This document shows positions 18,559 through 28,662 of a stretch of 64,000 nucleotides of DNA, one piece after another. Below the pieces are notes generated by a model. That model searched no databases and was not told the origin of the DNA. It saw only the letters and a program-made list of their open reading frames with translations. The position numbers were made by a program, and so were the translations under genes. This DNA comes from an uncultured Gemmatimonadaceae bacterium (GTDB taxonomy: Bacteria; Gemmatimonadota; Gemmatimonadetes; Gemmatimonadales; Gemmatimonadaceae), in NCBI GenBank assembly GCA_963751275.1, contig CAVVTZ010000009.1:480001-544000 (forward strand), given 5' to 3'. How positions within the stretch are numbered: the first letter of the stretch is position 1; every line of letters begins with the position of its first letter.

Positions 18559-20288
18559 CAGAAGCGGTGCTGCAGGCGGACCACGAACTGCAGCGGCGTC
18601 TGCCAGTCCGTGAGCGACTTCGCGGTGTAGAGACCCAGCCAGCCCATGTCGAGCCCGACGCCCGCGTCGGTGCGGAACGTGTAGAGCGGCGGCAGCGTCC
18701 ACGTGCCGTAGCGCACGCCGCCTTCGGTGGATCCCGTCACCCAGCCGCGCCCCGCGTCGGTGAACACCACCCACGACATGGTCTTGCTCAGACGGTACGA
18801 CCTCGTCTCATTGTCCGCGCGCTGGCGCGGGAACAGCCGCAGCGTGAAGTCCGCGCGGTACTCCACCTGCGCGAGCATCATGCGCGAGCACTGCGCGGGA
18901 TTCCCGGCCGGTGCGCTGCTGTCCGCGCAGGTGAAGACGTTCGGCGTCAGCGGCTGGCGGAAGTTGTAGCCGGGCAGCGAGCCGGGGCCGCCCATGGAGA
19001 AGCGCCGCTCGAGCGGCAGGTCGCCGCCGCCGATCCCGGTGCCGAACACCAGCCGCAGATTGAGATGCCCCTGCGGTGACACGCGGTTGTACCGCCGGAC
19101 GTCGAGGAATCCGCGTCCGTACGTGAGCGCCTCGGGCGACGCGCTGTTCACCCGCGCGACGTCGCTCGCCGGCCCTTCGGTGAGCGATGAGGTCCAGCCG
19201 ACCTCGACATCCGCGTTCACGAGCCAGCCGAGGTACGGGTCGGCGTCGCTGTTCCGCGTATCGAGTTCGACGCCGCCGTCCACCTGGCGCAAGAGTCCCG
19301 CGTCGAGCTGCGGGTTGTCGCGCCATGGGTTCGACGTGTGGAACAGCGAGATCGGATCCTGCGCGGTGCGCAGCGCCCACCACGCCTGCGTGTACGTGAG
19401 CGTGAAGGTCAGCGGCCCGCGCAACAGCGAGCCCCACGCGCTGCCGCCCTGCGCGTTGTAGTAATCGCGCATGTCGTCGCGCACGCCGAAGCTGTACAGC
19501 GAGATCTCGGGGTTCGACACCTGCCAATCTTCCGCCGGCGCCACCAGATCGAAGCCACGCGCGCCGTACGCGAAGCCGTGCGCTTTCCCCTGCCTCACCT
19601 CGGCAGCGATGTCGTAGCCGAGGTTCGCGCTCGTCCACGCGAAGCTGTTCACCGAGCGGTAGATCGCGAGCCCGGTGAAGCTGAACTGCCCGAAGGACGG
19701 ATTCCGCCGGAGGTCGATCCCCACCATGACGGGCAATCCTTCGACGCGGTCGTACGTGCCGGCCTTGAGCGCGAAGCGCGTGCGCGCGGAGTCGTAGCGC
19801 GTTTCCCACCGGTGGAACCAGCCCTCCTCCGCGCTCGCCGTGTCCGGCGACGCGACCATTGCGTCGCCCTGCATCCGGTAGGCGAGCGTCTGCGGATAGA
19901 TGGCGACGCTGCCACCCACCGTCGCGCTGTCGCTCTTGTGGAGCGCGCCGCCCACGACGAACACGCCGCTGTCCACCACCGCGCCCGCGCGCAGATCGAG
20001 CGATCCATTGATCACCACCACGCTGCCGTGCACCGTGCCGGCGATCGCGAGCGCGCCGTCGCGCACCGCGACGTTCCCGTCCACGATGCGTCCCGCGGCG
20101 ATCGTGGTGTTCCCCAGCGCGCGCACGGCGGCGGGTTGGTTGTAGCGGTACGCCGCCTCGCCGGCCACGGCGCCCGGGAGCACGCGCGTGGTGTCGCGCG
20201 CCGTGTCGCCCGCCTGTGCCGTGAGCGCGCGCGGCGCGCACACGAGAGCCGCACCCAGGATCGCCGGCACGAGGCACGTGGAACGCAT
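18558..20288 (-). CDS. Omp85/BamA-family outer-membrane protein with N-terminal beta-helix (bactofilin-like) repeats
   Basis: Signal peptide; GNVAVRDG/GSVVVING/GVFVVGG repeats; ERRFSMGGPGSLPGY loop-6-like motif; C-terminal ..RLQHRF. Confidence 0.65.
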   Translation of the reverse strand: MRSTCLVPAILGAALVCAPRALTAQAGDTARDTTRVLPGAVAGEAAYRYNQPAAVRALGNTTIAAGRIVDGNVAVRDGALAIAGTVHGSVVVINGSLDLRAGAVVDSGVFVVGGALHKSDSATVGGSVAIYPQTLAYRMQGDAMVASPDTASAEEGWFHRWETRYDSARTRFALKAGTYDRVEGLPVMVGIDLRRNPSFGQFSFTGLAIYRSVNSFAWTSANLGYDIAAEVRQGKAHGFAYGARGFDLVAPAEDWQVSNPEISLYSFGVRDDMRDYYNAQGGSAWGSLLRGPLTFTLTYTQAWWALRTAQDPISLFHTSNPWRDNPQLDAGLLRQVDGGVELDTRNSDADPYLGWLVNADVEVGWTSSLTEGPASDVARVNSASPEALTYGRGFLDVRRYNRVSPQGHLNLRLVFGTGIGGGDLPLERRFSMGGPGSLPGYNFRQPLTPNVFTCADSSAPAGNPAQCSRMMLAQVEYRADFTLRLFPRQRADNETRSYRLSKTMSWVVFTDAGRGWVTGSTEGGVRYGTWTLPPLYTFRTDAGVGLDMGWLGLYTAKSLTDWQTPLQFVVRLQHRF

Positions 20289-21667
20289 CACGCGCCCCCC
20301 CACTCGATGCCGAGCCGCCGCATGCGGCGGTACAGGTTCGGCCGGTCGGTCTTCAGCCGCCGCGCGGCGTCGGCCACGTTGCCCTGCGCCATCGAGAGCG
20401 CACGCGTGATCAGCGTGCGCTCGAAGTCATCGAGCGCGTCGTTCAGCGGGCGGTCGAGCGATGGCTCGGGCAGCGGCGGTGCGCTCCCCGGCGCCCCGCC
20501 GCTGCGCACGGCCGGCAGCACCGCGGCGACATCGGCCGCGGTCACTTCGCCCTGCTGCAGGATGGCGAGGCGCTCCACCGTGTTCGCCAGCTCGCGCACG
20601 TTCCCCGGCCAGCGGTGGCGCGTGAGCAGCGCGAGCGCTTCCTCGCTCCACTTGGGCGCCGGCCGCCCCGCCCGCGCGCGGTACTGCTCGGAGAAATGCA
20701 GCACGAGCGGACGGATGTCGTCAGGACGCTCACGCAGCGGCGGCAGCGTCATGGGGATCACGTTGAGCCGGTGATACAGGTCCTCGCGGAACTTCCCCTC
20801 CGCCACGCCGCGGGCGAGATCCATGTTGGTCGCCGCGATGATGCGCACGTCCACCTTGATCGGCTTGCCGCCGCCCACGCGCTCGATCTCGCTCGCCTCG
20901 ATCGCGCGCAGCAGTTTCGCCTGCGCCTCGGCGCCCAGGTCGCCCACCTCGTCCAGCAGCAGCGTGCCGGTGTTGGCCAGCTCGAAGCGCCCGATCCGGC
21001 GCTCCGTCGCGCCGGTGAACGCCCCCTTCTCGTGGCCGAACATCTCGCTCTCCACGAGATCGCGCGGGATCGCCGCGCAGTTCACGCGCACGAACGGGCG
21101 GTCGCGCCGCGCGCTCCCGCGGTGGATCGCGCTCGCGACGAGTTCCTTCCCGGTGCCCGATTCCCCCATGAGCAGCACGCGCGCGTCCGTGGGCGCGATG
21201 CGCGCGATCATCTCGCGCACCTTCTGCATTGCCGCGCTCGTGCCCACCATCTCGCCGGTGAGGGCATAGTCCTCGCGCAGCGTGCGCGCCTCGCGGCGCG
21301 CCGACCGGAGTTCGAGCGCGCTGCGGAGCGCCAGCAGCACCCCCTCGGGCGTGAGCGGCTTCTCCAGGAACTGGAAGGCGCCGAGCTTCGTCGCGCGCAC
21401 GGCGTCGCTCAGCCCGGCGCGGCCGCTCATCATCACCACCGGCAGCTCTGGATAGCGCTCGCGCAATGCCGTCAACGTCGCCATGCCATCCATCGTGCCG
21501 GGCATCATGAGGTCCACGAGCACCGCGTCGGGCTCGCGCTCCAGCGCCGCCGCCAGCCCCGCGGCGCCGTCGCCGGCCTCGCGCACGGTGAACCCCTCGG
21601 TGCCGAGCAGCGCACCGACCATCCGACGAATGTTCGCTTCGTCGTCGATGATCAGGATCTCAGCCAT
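20288..21667 (-). CDS. Sigma54-dependent response regulator (NtrX/NtrC family)
   Basis: REC domain, GESGTGKE, GAFTGA, WPGNVREL, C-terminal Fis-type HTH. Confidence 0.93.
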   Translation of the reverse strand: MAEILIIDDEANIRRMVGALLGTEGFTVREAGDGAAGLAAALEREPDAVLVDLMMPGTMDGMATLTALRERYPELPVVMMSGRAGLSDAVRATKLGAFQFLEKPLTPEGVLLALRSALELRSARREARTLREDYALTGEMVGTSAAMQKVREMIARIAPTDARVLLMGESGTGKELVASAIHRGSARRDRPFVRVNCAAIPRDLVESEMFGHEKGAFTGATERRIGRFELANTGTLLLDEVGDLGAEAQAKLLRAIEASEIERVGGGKPIKVDVRIIAATNMDLARGVAEGKFREDLYHRLNVIPMTLPPLRERPDDIRPLVLHFSEQYRARAGRPAPKWSEEALALLTRHRWPGNVRELANTVERLAILQQGEVTAADVAAVLPAVRSGGAPGSAPPLPEPSLDRPLNDALDDFERTLITRALSMAQGNVADAARRLKTDRPNLYRRMRRLGIEWGGA

Positions 21668-21929
21668 TCAGCTTCTTCTCCGCCCCCACGCGCTCCGAGA
21701 GGAGTTTCGTCGTGAACCGCTGCCCCTCCGAGATGCGCTCCACTTCCACGGCGATCGAATCGATCGCTTGCTCCATCCGCTCGAGCCGCGCCATCGCCTC
21801 GGGCGGAATCGGCGGCAGCTCGGTCTTCCGGTTGGCGCGCTTGATGTACGCGATCGTGAGCGGCAGGCCGATGAACAGCGCCAGCGTGAAGATCATGCCG
21901 GCGATGGGAATCACGATGTCCTCATTCAT
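21660..21929 (-). CDS. Small single-TM coiled-coil protein
   Basis: N-terminal TM then ARLERMEQAIDSIAVEVERISEGQRF; overlaps both neighbours. Confidence 0.75.
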   Translation of the reverse strand: MNEDIVIPIAGMIFTLALFIGLPLTIAYIKRANRKTELPPIPPEAMARLERMEQAIDSIAVEVERISEGQRFTTKLLSERVGAEKKLNG

Positions 21930-23182
21930 GCGCTGCGCTCCCCTTCAGGTTTTTGATCGGCCGGCGTGCCACTCACCGGCAGGATGAACCGGATCTCCGT
22001 CCCATGCTCCTTGTCGCTCGTCGCGCTCACCGCGCCGCCATGCGCCAGCACGGTCTGCCGCGCGATCGCCAATCCCAGCCCCGTGCCTCCCGCCGTCGTC
22101 GTGTGGTACGGCTCCCAGATCGCCGACAGCCGCTCGGGCGGGATCCCCTTGCCGGTATCCACGACGCGCAGTTCCACCGCCGGCCGCCCATCGAGCACGC
22201 TGCGCGCCACGTGCACGCGCACCGACCCGCCGCCGCGGCACGCCTCCACCGCGTTCAGCAGCACGTTGCTCAGCGCGCGCGACAGCGCCTCGTAGTGCCC
22301 CGTGATCTGCGGTACGTTCTCATCCGCCTGCACGGTCACGGGCACCGCGCCGCCGCTCATCGCGCGGGCCGCCTCGCTCGCCAACTCCGCCACGTCGATC
22401 GCGGCCGCGGGCCCCTCGGGCAGCCGCCCGAACTGCGCGAAGCTCCGCGCCATCGCGTCGATGCGCTTGGTCTCGGTCTCGAGCACATCCACGATCTCCG
22501 TGAGCTTGGGATCCGCATCGCGCCGGAGCCGCGCGATCGCGAGACTGATGGGCGTCAGCGGATTCTTCAGCTCGTGCGCCACGCGCCGCGCCGTTTCGCG
22601 GAACGCTTCCAGGCGCTCGGCTTCGATCTCCCGCGCGCGCGCCGCAATGATCTGGTCGGCCATTTCGCGCATCCGCCGCCGCATCACTTCGAACTCCGGC
22701 GCGCCGCGCTGCGGCTTGCCCGCCGGCAGCGGCTGGCCGCGCGCCACCAGTTCGGTCCATTCCACCAGCTCGCTCAGCGGCCGGCTCAGCTGCCGGCTCA
22801 AGTGTCCCGCCGCGCGCCACGCCAGCAGCGCCAGGATCATCGAGCCCGCGATCGCCAGGATCACGATCGCCCCCGCCACGCGCGATGCGAGATATTCGTA
22901 GCGCCGCGCCTCGATGAGAGAATTCCCCAGCACCCGCTCGTGCTCGTCCAGCGCCGCGCGCTGCTCCGCCGTGAGCGGCGCCCCGCGCATCGACTCGATC
23001 ACCTTCCGGCCGCTCGCCTCCACCACCTCCCACGGCCGCTTCCCGCTCAGCACCGGCAGCACGGTGCTCACGCCCGCGGCCCCGCCGAGCAGCAGCACGC
23101 TCGTCGGCACCATCGCGAACAGCACGAGGTAGATCAGGACCCGCGTTCGGAACCGGGGCTGCTTCAATAGCGCTCCGTTCAA
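21926..23182 (-). CDS. Sensor histidine kinase (NtrY-like, HAMP)
   Basis: Two TM segments, AHELKNPLTPI, NAVEA, DTGKGI, GTGLGL. Confidence 0.92.
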   Translation of the reverse strand: MNGALLKQPRFRTRVLIYLVLFAMVPTSVLLLGGAAGVSTVLPVLSGKRPWEVVEASGRKVIESMRGAPLTAEQRAALDEHERVLGNSLIEARRYEYLASRVAGAIVILAIAGSMILALLAWRAAGHLSRQLSRPLSELVEWTELVARGQPLPAGKPQRGAPEFEVMRRRMREMADQIIAARAREIEAERLEAFRETARRVAHELKNPLTPISLAIARLRRDADPKLTEIVDVLETETKRIDAMARSFAQFGRLPEGPAAAIDVAELASEAARAMSGGAVPVTVQADENVPQITGHYEALSRALSNVLLNAVEACRGGGSVRVHVARSVLDGRPAVELRVVDTGKGIPPERLSAIWEPYHTTTAGGTGLGLAIARQTVLAHGGAVSATSDKEHGTEIRFILPVSGTPADQKPEGERSA

Positions 23183-23310
23183 AGCGTTTCTTTCTGCGAC
23201 ACCCCAATCTATGGATTCGTCACGCCTCGCGCGAAGAGGTGGGGGGCCGTTCTAACGTCCAATGTCGCGGTTCTAAACGCGTACGACCAACGACTCGTAC
23301 CCATGGCCTT

Positions 23311-23339
23311 TTGCCCCCGGGCGTTGTCCTCGTTACATT
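23311..23339 (+). promoter_or_regulatory. sigma70-like promoter upstream of the NYN gene
   Basis: TTGCCC-N17-TACATT. Confidence 0.45.
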
Positions 23340-23637
23340 AAGGAACCGATGCGCACCACGAAGACAGCTTGATGCCGTTCCGCTCGACCCATGAAAGCGA
23401 CGGCGCGCAGTTCGCGGGATTCGTTCCCGCGCTCGCGCCAACCGCTCCGGGTCGGCCGGCGTCACGCAGCAACGTGGGAGCGCTTGCGGCCAGACAATCG
23501 CCCGCCGCGGACGCCATCCAAGATCGCGACCGCACCCGCTGCTTCGAGCCCGTCTCGCTCCCATGGAGCGCTCAGGGGAAGCGGCGGCACGCCGGGCGAC
23601 CTGCCGCGCCTTTTCACACCGTCTCACCACCGAGTAC

Positions 23638-25371
23638 ATGACACCACGATCCAAGCGGCCACTGGGCGCCGCCGCTCACCGGCCGGCGGCCATCCGCCAG
23701 TCCGTCGCCCCCATGCACCGCGGACCACAGGCCAACATCCTGTCCGCCCCGATCCAGCAGCCGCCGTCGGCCTTCCATAGCGACTCCAGCGCCGCGCTCC
23801 TCATCGACTTCGACAACGTCACGATGGGGATCCGCTCCGACCTGGGCCACGAGCTCCGCAACCTCCTCTCCAGCGACATCATCAAGGGGAAGGTCGCCGT
23901 GCAGCGTGCCTACGCCGACTGGCGCCGCTATCCGCAGTACATCGTGCCGCTCGCCGAGAGCTCGATCGACATGATCATGGCCCCCGCGTACGGCAGCTCG
24001 AAGAAGAACGCCACCGACATCCGCCTCGCCGTCGATGCGATCGAGCTCGTCTTCACGCGCCCCGAGATCGACACCTTCATCCTCCTCTCCGGCGATTCCG
24101 ACTTCGCGAGCCTCGTCACGAAGCTCAAGGAGTACAGCAAGTACGTGATCGGCGTGGGCATCCGCGAGAGCTCGAGCGATCTGCTCGTGATGAACTGCAA
24201 CGAGTACTACAGCTACAACGCGCTCGCCGGCCTCGTGCGATCGGACGCGGAAGAGACCACGAAACGCGATCCATGGGAGCTGGTGCTCGAAGCCGTGCAG
24301 CGCATGAAGCGCAACGGCGACGTCATGCGCTCCGACCGCCTCAAGCAGGTCATGCAGGAGATCGACAACAGCTTCGACGAGGGCAACCTCGGCATGGCGA
24401 AATTCTCCCGCTTCTGCCAGGAAGCCGCGGCCAAGGGTCTGCTCAAGATCTCGCGCCTCGAGAACGGTCAGATGGAGATCGACGTGCCCGACGGCACGCC
24501 GGTGCTCCCACAGTCGCCGTCCGTGCTCCCCACTTCGGAGCGCCGCGCGGCCACCGCCGCCGGCACCCCCGAGAATCGCCGCCGCGGCCGCCGCGGCGGC
24601 CGTGGCCGCGGCCGCGATCGCGACGAGAACACCGCCGCCCGCCCCGAAATGGCCGACATGGCACCGGAGTTGGTGCCCGACGCCGCTCCGGAATTCGACC
24701 TCGAGCCGCGGGAAGTCGCCGTTGAGCGATTCCCGACTCCCGACTCCCGAGCGGTTTCAGTGGACGCCGAAATGTCCGGCATGCGTCTCAGTCGCGACGA
24801 AGCCTTCGCCCTCGTCCGCCGCGCCGTCGAGTCGCTCTCCAACGGTCCCAATGACACGGTGGCCGCGAGCCGCGTACGCGTCAAAGCCCGCGAGCTCCTC
24901 GGCCGCGACAGCGAGACGCTCAGCGAGCGCCACTTCCACCGCATCCTCCGCGACATGCACGACGCCGAGCAGATCGATCTCCGCAAGCGCGGTGACGACT
25001 ACGAGGTGTCGCCGTCGCCCGACGCGCCGCCGATCGCCGAGCAGCTCGCGGCGTCCGAGGCGGTCGCGGTGGCCGCGGCCGATGCGAGCCAGGCCGGCCG
25101 CGCCGCGTCCAACGCCGCTTCGCTGCGCCGCGGGATCCGCGGCCGCGGCCGTGGCAAGGGCGGCGCGAACGAACTGCCTCCGGGTCTTCTCTCGGTCGGC
25201 ATCGTCGATCACGGCACGCCGCTGGTCGTCGAGGTACCGGCCGATGAGGACGCCGACGACGAGAGCGAGGTCGCTCCCGCCGCCGTCGCCGGCGAGAAGG
25301 CGCCGGTGAAGCGGCGCCGCGGCATCCGCGGCGGCCGCGCGCGCAAGAAGAAGGAACCCGGAGCCGAATAG
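23638..25371 (+). CDS. NYN (LabA/DUF88) ribonuclease with OST-HTH-like domains and RG-rich tails
   Basis: LIDFDNV, RAYADW, KNATDIRLAVDA, LSGDSDF, FDEGNLGMAKFSRF. Confidence 0.85.
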   Translation: MTPRSKRPLGAAAHRPAAIRQSVAPMHRGPQANILSAPIQQPPSAFHSDSSAALLIDFDNVTMGIRSDLGHELRNLLSSDIIKGKVAVQRAYADWRRYPQYIVPLAESSIDMIMAPAYGSSKKNATDIRLAVDAIELVFTRPEIDTFILLSGDSDFASLVTKLKEYSKYVIGVGIRESSSDLLVMNCNEYYSYNALAGLVRSDAEETTKRDPWELVLEAVQRMKRNGDVMRSDRLKQVMQEIDNSFDEGNLGMAKFSRFCQEAAAKGLLKISRLENGQMEIDVPDGTPVLPQSPSVLPTSERRAATAAGTPENRRRGRRGGRGRGRDRDENTAARPEMADMAPELVPDAAPEFDLEPREVAVERFPTPDSRAVSVDAEMSGMRLSRDEAFALVRRAVESLSNGPNDTVAASRVRVKARELLGRDSETLSERHFHRILRDMHDAEQIDLRKRGDDYEVSPSPDAPPIAEQLAASEAVAVAAADASQAGRAASNAASLRRGIRGRGRGKGGANELPPGLLSVGIVDHGTPLVVEVPADEDADDESEVAPAAVAGEKAPVKRRRGIRGGRARKKKEPGAE

Positions 25372-25375
25372 CGCG

Positions 25376-26005
25376 GTGGGCGCTCCGCTCCCCGCCGCCT
25401 TCTACGATCGCGAGACCGAGCTCGTCGCCCGCGACCTGCTCGGCGCCGTCCTCCGGTGCGTCACGCCGGAGGGCGTCGCGTCCGGCCGCATCGTCGAGAC
25501 CGAAGCGTATCTCGGCGAGCACGATGCGGCGTGTCACGCCGCCGCGGGACGCACCGCGCGCACCGAGGTGCTCTACGGACCGCCGGGGCGCGCGTACATC
25601 TACTTCATCTACGGCATGTACTGGTGCGTGAACGCGGTCACGCGCGCGAACGGTCTGCCGAGCGCCGTGCTCATCCGCGCGATCGAGCCGCTCGCCGGCA
25701 TCGACCTCATGCGCGCGCGGCGTCCGGGTGCGCGCACGGCGCGCGACCTCACCAATGGCCCGGGCAAATTGTGCGCCGCGCTCGGCATCACCGGCGCGCT
25801 GCATGGCGTGTCGCTGCGGAATTCCGCGCTCACGATCCGCGCAGGCGACCCCGTGCCCGCCCGCCAGATCGCCGTCACGCCGCGCATCGGCATCGCGAAG
25901 GCCGCCGACTGGCCATTGCGCTGGACCGTGCGCGGCAATGAATTCGTATCGAAGGCCGTTCCGCGTTCCGCCACGCGCCACCACCGGAGAGTGACCGTCC
26001 CATGA
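25376..26005 (+). CDS. DNA-3-methyladenine glycosylase (MPG family)
   Basis: VARDLLG, GRIVETEAY, YGMYWCVN, AVLIRAIEP, TNGPGKLC, RIGI. Confidence 0.93.
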   Translation: MGAPLPAAFYDRETELVARDLLGAVLRCVTPEGVASGRIVETEAYLGEHDAACHAAAGRTARTEVLYGPPGRAYIYFIYGMYWCVNAVTRANGLPSAVLIRAIEPLAGIDLMRARRPGARTARDLTNGPGKLCAALGITGALHGVSLRNSALTIRAGDPVPARQIAVTPRIGIAKAADWPLRWTVRGNEFVSKAVPRSATRHHRRVTVP

Positions 26006-27248
26006 GACTCATCCCGCTCCTCGCGCTCACCGCCGCGCTCGCCGCGCGCGCGTCCGCCCAGAACCCGGCCGCCCCGATGAATCCACCGTCCGTCGCACCG
26101 ACCGGCGTCTCCGAGCGCGCGATGAAGATCTGGCGCGCGTCGATCGTGATCGACACGCACAACGACTTCCCGTCGAAGATGGCCGATGAGCACGTGAAGT
26201 TCGAGGACCGCCATCCGGCGGGCCCGGTCATGACCGACATCCCGCGCCTCTTCGACGGCGGCGTCACCGCGGTCTTCGCCTCCGACTTCGTGGACGCCAA
26301 GTACGCGCTCACGACGCCGAATTCGTCGTACGCGCGCGCGGTGGAGCTCGCCGACACCGTGCACGCGCTCGTGAAGCGGAATCCGAACACGCTCCTCTTC
26401 GCCACCACGGCCGCCGATGTGGAACGTGCCAAGAAGGAAGGGAAGATCGCGATCTTCATCGGCGTCGAGGGCGGCCACGCGATCGAGAACTCGCTCGCCA
26501 AGCTCGATGATCTCTACGCGCGCGGCGTGCGCTACATGACGCTCACTTGGAACAACGGGAACGAGTGGGCGGGCGCGGCGGCGGGCGTGAACAACACCAG
26601 CACCGGCGGCCTCACGCCCTTCGGCGTGCAGGTGATCCACGAGATGAACCGCCTCGGCATGTTCGTGGACGTCTCGCACGTCTCCGACCAGACCTTCTGA
26701 CGATGCGATCAAGGCCTCGAGCGTGCCGGTGATCGCGTCGCACTCGAGCGCCCGCGCGCTCTCCGACCATCCGCCGTAACCTGACCGACGACCAGCTCCG
26801 CGCCCTCGCGAAGAACGGCGGCGTCGTGAACGTGAACTTCTATCCGAGCTTCATCGACACGCGCTACCGGGAAGCCACCGCGGCCGCATCCGGCGCCGTC
26901 GCCAAGTGGCGCGACTCCGCGCTCAAGGCGCCCGGCGCCGACAGCGCGGCGGTCCGCGCCGAAGCGGCGCGACGCGATTCCGCCGCCGTCGCCGCCGTGC
27001 CGCTCCCCGCGCTCTCGGTGCTCCTCGACCACTTCGATCACATCGCGAAGGTCGCCGGCGTCGATCACGTGGGCATCGGCAGCGATTTCGATGGCATCGA
27101 GGTCGCCCCGCAGCAGATGGAGGATGTCTCGATGCTCCCGCGCATCGCACAGGGACTGCTGGACCGCGGCTACTCCGAGGCCGACATCAAGAAGATGATC
27201 GGCGGCAACATGATGCGCGTCATGAAACAAGTCCTCAAGCCGCACTAA
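26002..27248 (+). CDS. Exported membrane dipeptidase (M19); indel(s) near 26700-26745
   Basis: IDTHND, GVEGGH, RYMTLTW, DVSHVSD, HVGIGSDFDG. Confidence 0.9.
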
Positions 27249-27332
27249 CTACGAACGGCGCGTGTAGGGACTAGTACCGCTTGAGGGGCGCGTCTGGGAG
27301 GCAGCGTGTGGCGCGTCGGGTCTCGGATGCAG

Positions 27333-27368
27333 GAAGCGGCGGCGCGATCCGGTTCGCGCCGCCGCTTC
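27333..27368. terminator. Strong hairpin between convergent genes
   Basis: gaagcggcggcgcga-tccggt-tcgcgccgccgcttc. Confidence 0.55.
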
Positions 27369-27404
27369 ATTCGCGGGCTCAGCCCGCGCTGGTTCCGTGC
27401 CCGG

Positions 27405-28053
27405 TCAGTGTCCGCTGTCCGCCGACGGGCCGAAGTTCAAGCGCACGCCGCCTTCCAGCAGGTACGCCGCGCGCCCGTTCAGGATGAAGTTGCTCGGCGT
27501 CGGCATGTAGATGAAGTTGCCGAAGATCGCCACGCGCTTGAGCTGCGCGTGCACGCCCACCAGCAGATTGACCTGGATCCGCATCCTTCTCCTCGCTCAG
27601 GTTATGCTGCACCTGATCCCGCACGTTCGGGTTGAGGATCGAGTCGGTGATCGTCGCTTCGTGCGACAGGTTCATGATGAATCCGCCGCCCGCGTAGAGG
27701 TGCACGCCGCCCCAGGCCACCGGGAGCGCGATCACGTCGGCCATGACCTGCGTCATGTCCTTGATCTGCACGTTGTACGGGACGCCGTTGTTGTCCGTCA
27801 CCGACGCGCTGGTCGTGAAGAACGCCTGGCCCACCGAGAGATAGAGGCCGCCGCGCGTCTTCGTGATGAACCACTCGGCGTTGACCACGGGCGCCGTCTG
27901 ATTGGCGACGGTAGCCGTCGAGAACGACATGGCGCCGGCGTTCAGCCCCCAGAACCACGAATCGTTGAACAGGCGCCCTCCCTGAGCGGAGCTGGCCGAC
28001 GGCGCCAGTGCAACAAGGGCGAGACCGGATGCGAGCCACCGGACCATGCGCAT
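27405..28053 (-). CDS. Exported beta-barrel-like hypothetical protein (indel near 27585)
   Basis: Signal peptide MRMVRWLASGLALVALAPSASSA; alternating beta-strand pattern; ends LLEGGVRLNFG.. in the shifted frame. Confidence 0.65.
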
Positions 28054-28336
28054 GGTGAAGCTCCTCGTACGTGTGGTGTGAAGATCGGAAAAAGGACTGC
28101 TGTCGCCCGTCCCAAACCGCTCAAGATTCGAGACGGAGAAGCCGGGCACCGAACGCCGGATAACGAGGTCGATCATGTCACGGACGAGGCGAACTCCTCA
28201 GGCGTCACAGACTTGCCCGCTCTCACGAACCTGGTTTCTAACCCCCTCTGCTTGACCACCGTCGTCGCCGCCACCACTTTGCCCCGGTGAGCGACCGTCG
28301 GAGCGTCCCCTGACCCCTCTCGCTGCCTCGCCTGCC

Positions 28337-28654
28337 GTGGAGCAATTCCACAGCGCCGTCTACGGCACCGTCTTCGGACGACGCATGGACGTGGTGCACC
28401 GCTTGAACGCCGGTGACCGCCTGATCCTCGTGCCCGACGCCCCCGGCACCGACAATCCCGCCGTCTGGGTACACGCACGAGGCGGCGACGTCGTTGGGCA
28501 TCTCCCCTTCGCCATCTGCGGCTGGCTCGTCCCCTGGATGCTCGGCGGGGGCCGGTGCAGCGCCTCGGTCGAGAAGGTCGGGACGGACGAGACGCCCAGT
28601 TGGCAGCGCTTGATCATCCGGCGTCCGCTTCCTGGGACTCCCGGCGCGCGGCTG
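28337..28654 (+). CDS. HIRAN-like domain protein (boundaries uncertain)
   Basis: LNAGDRLILVPD..DNPAVWVH..DVVGHLP resembles HIRAN. Confidence 0.6.
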
Positions 28655-28662
28655 AGGTTACG

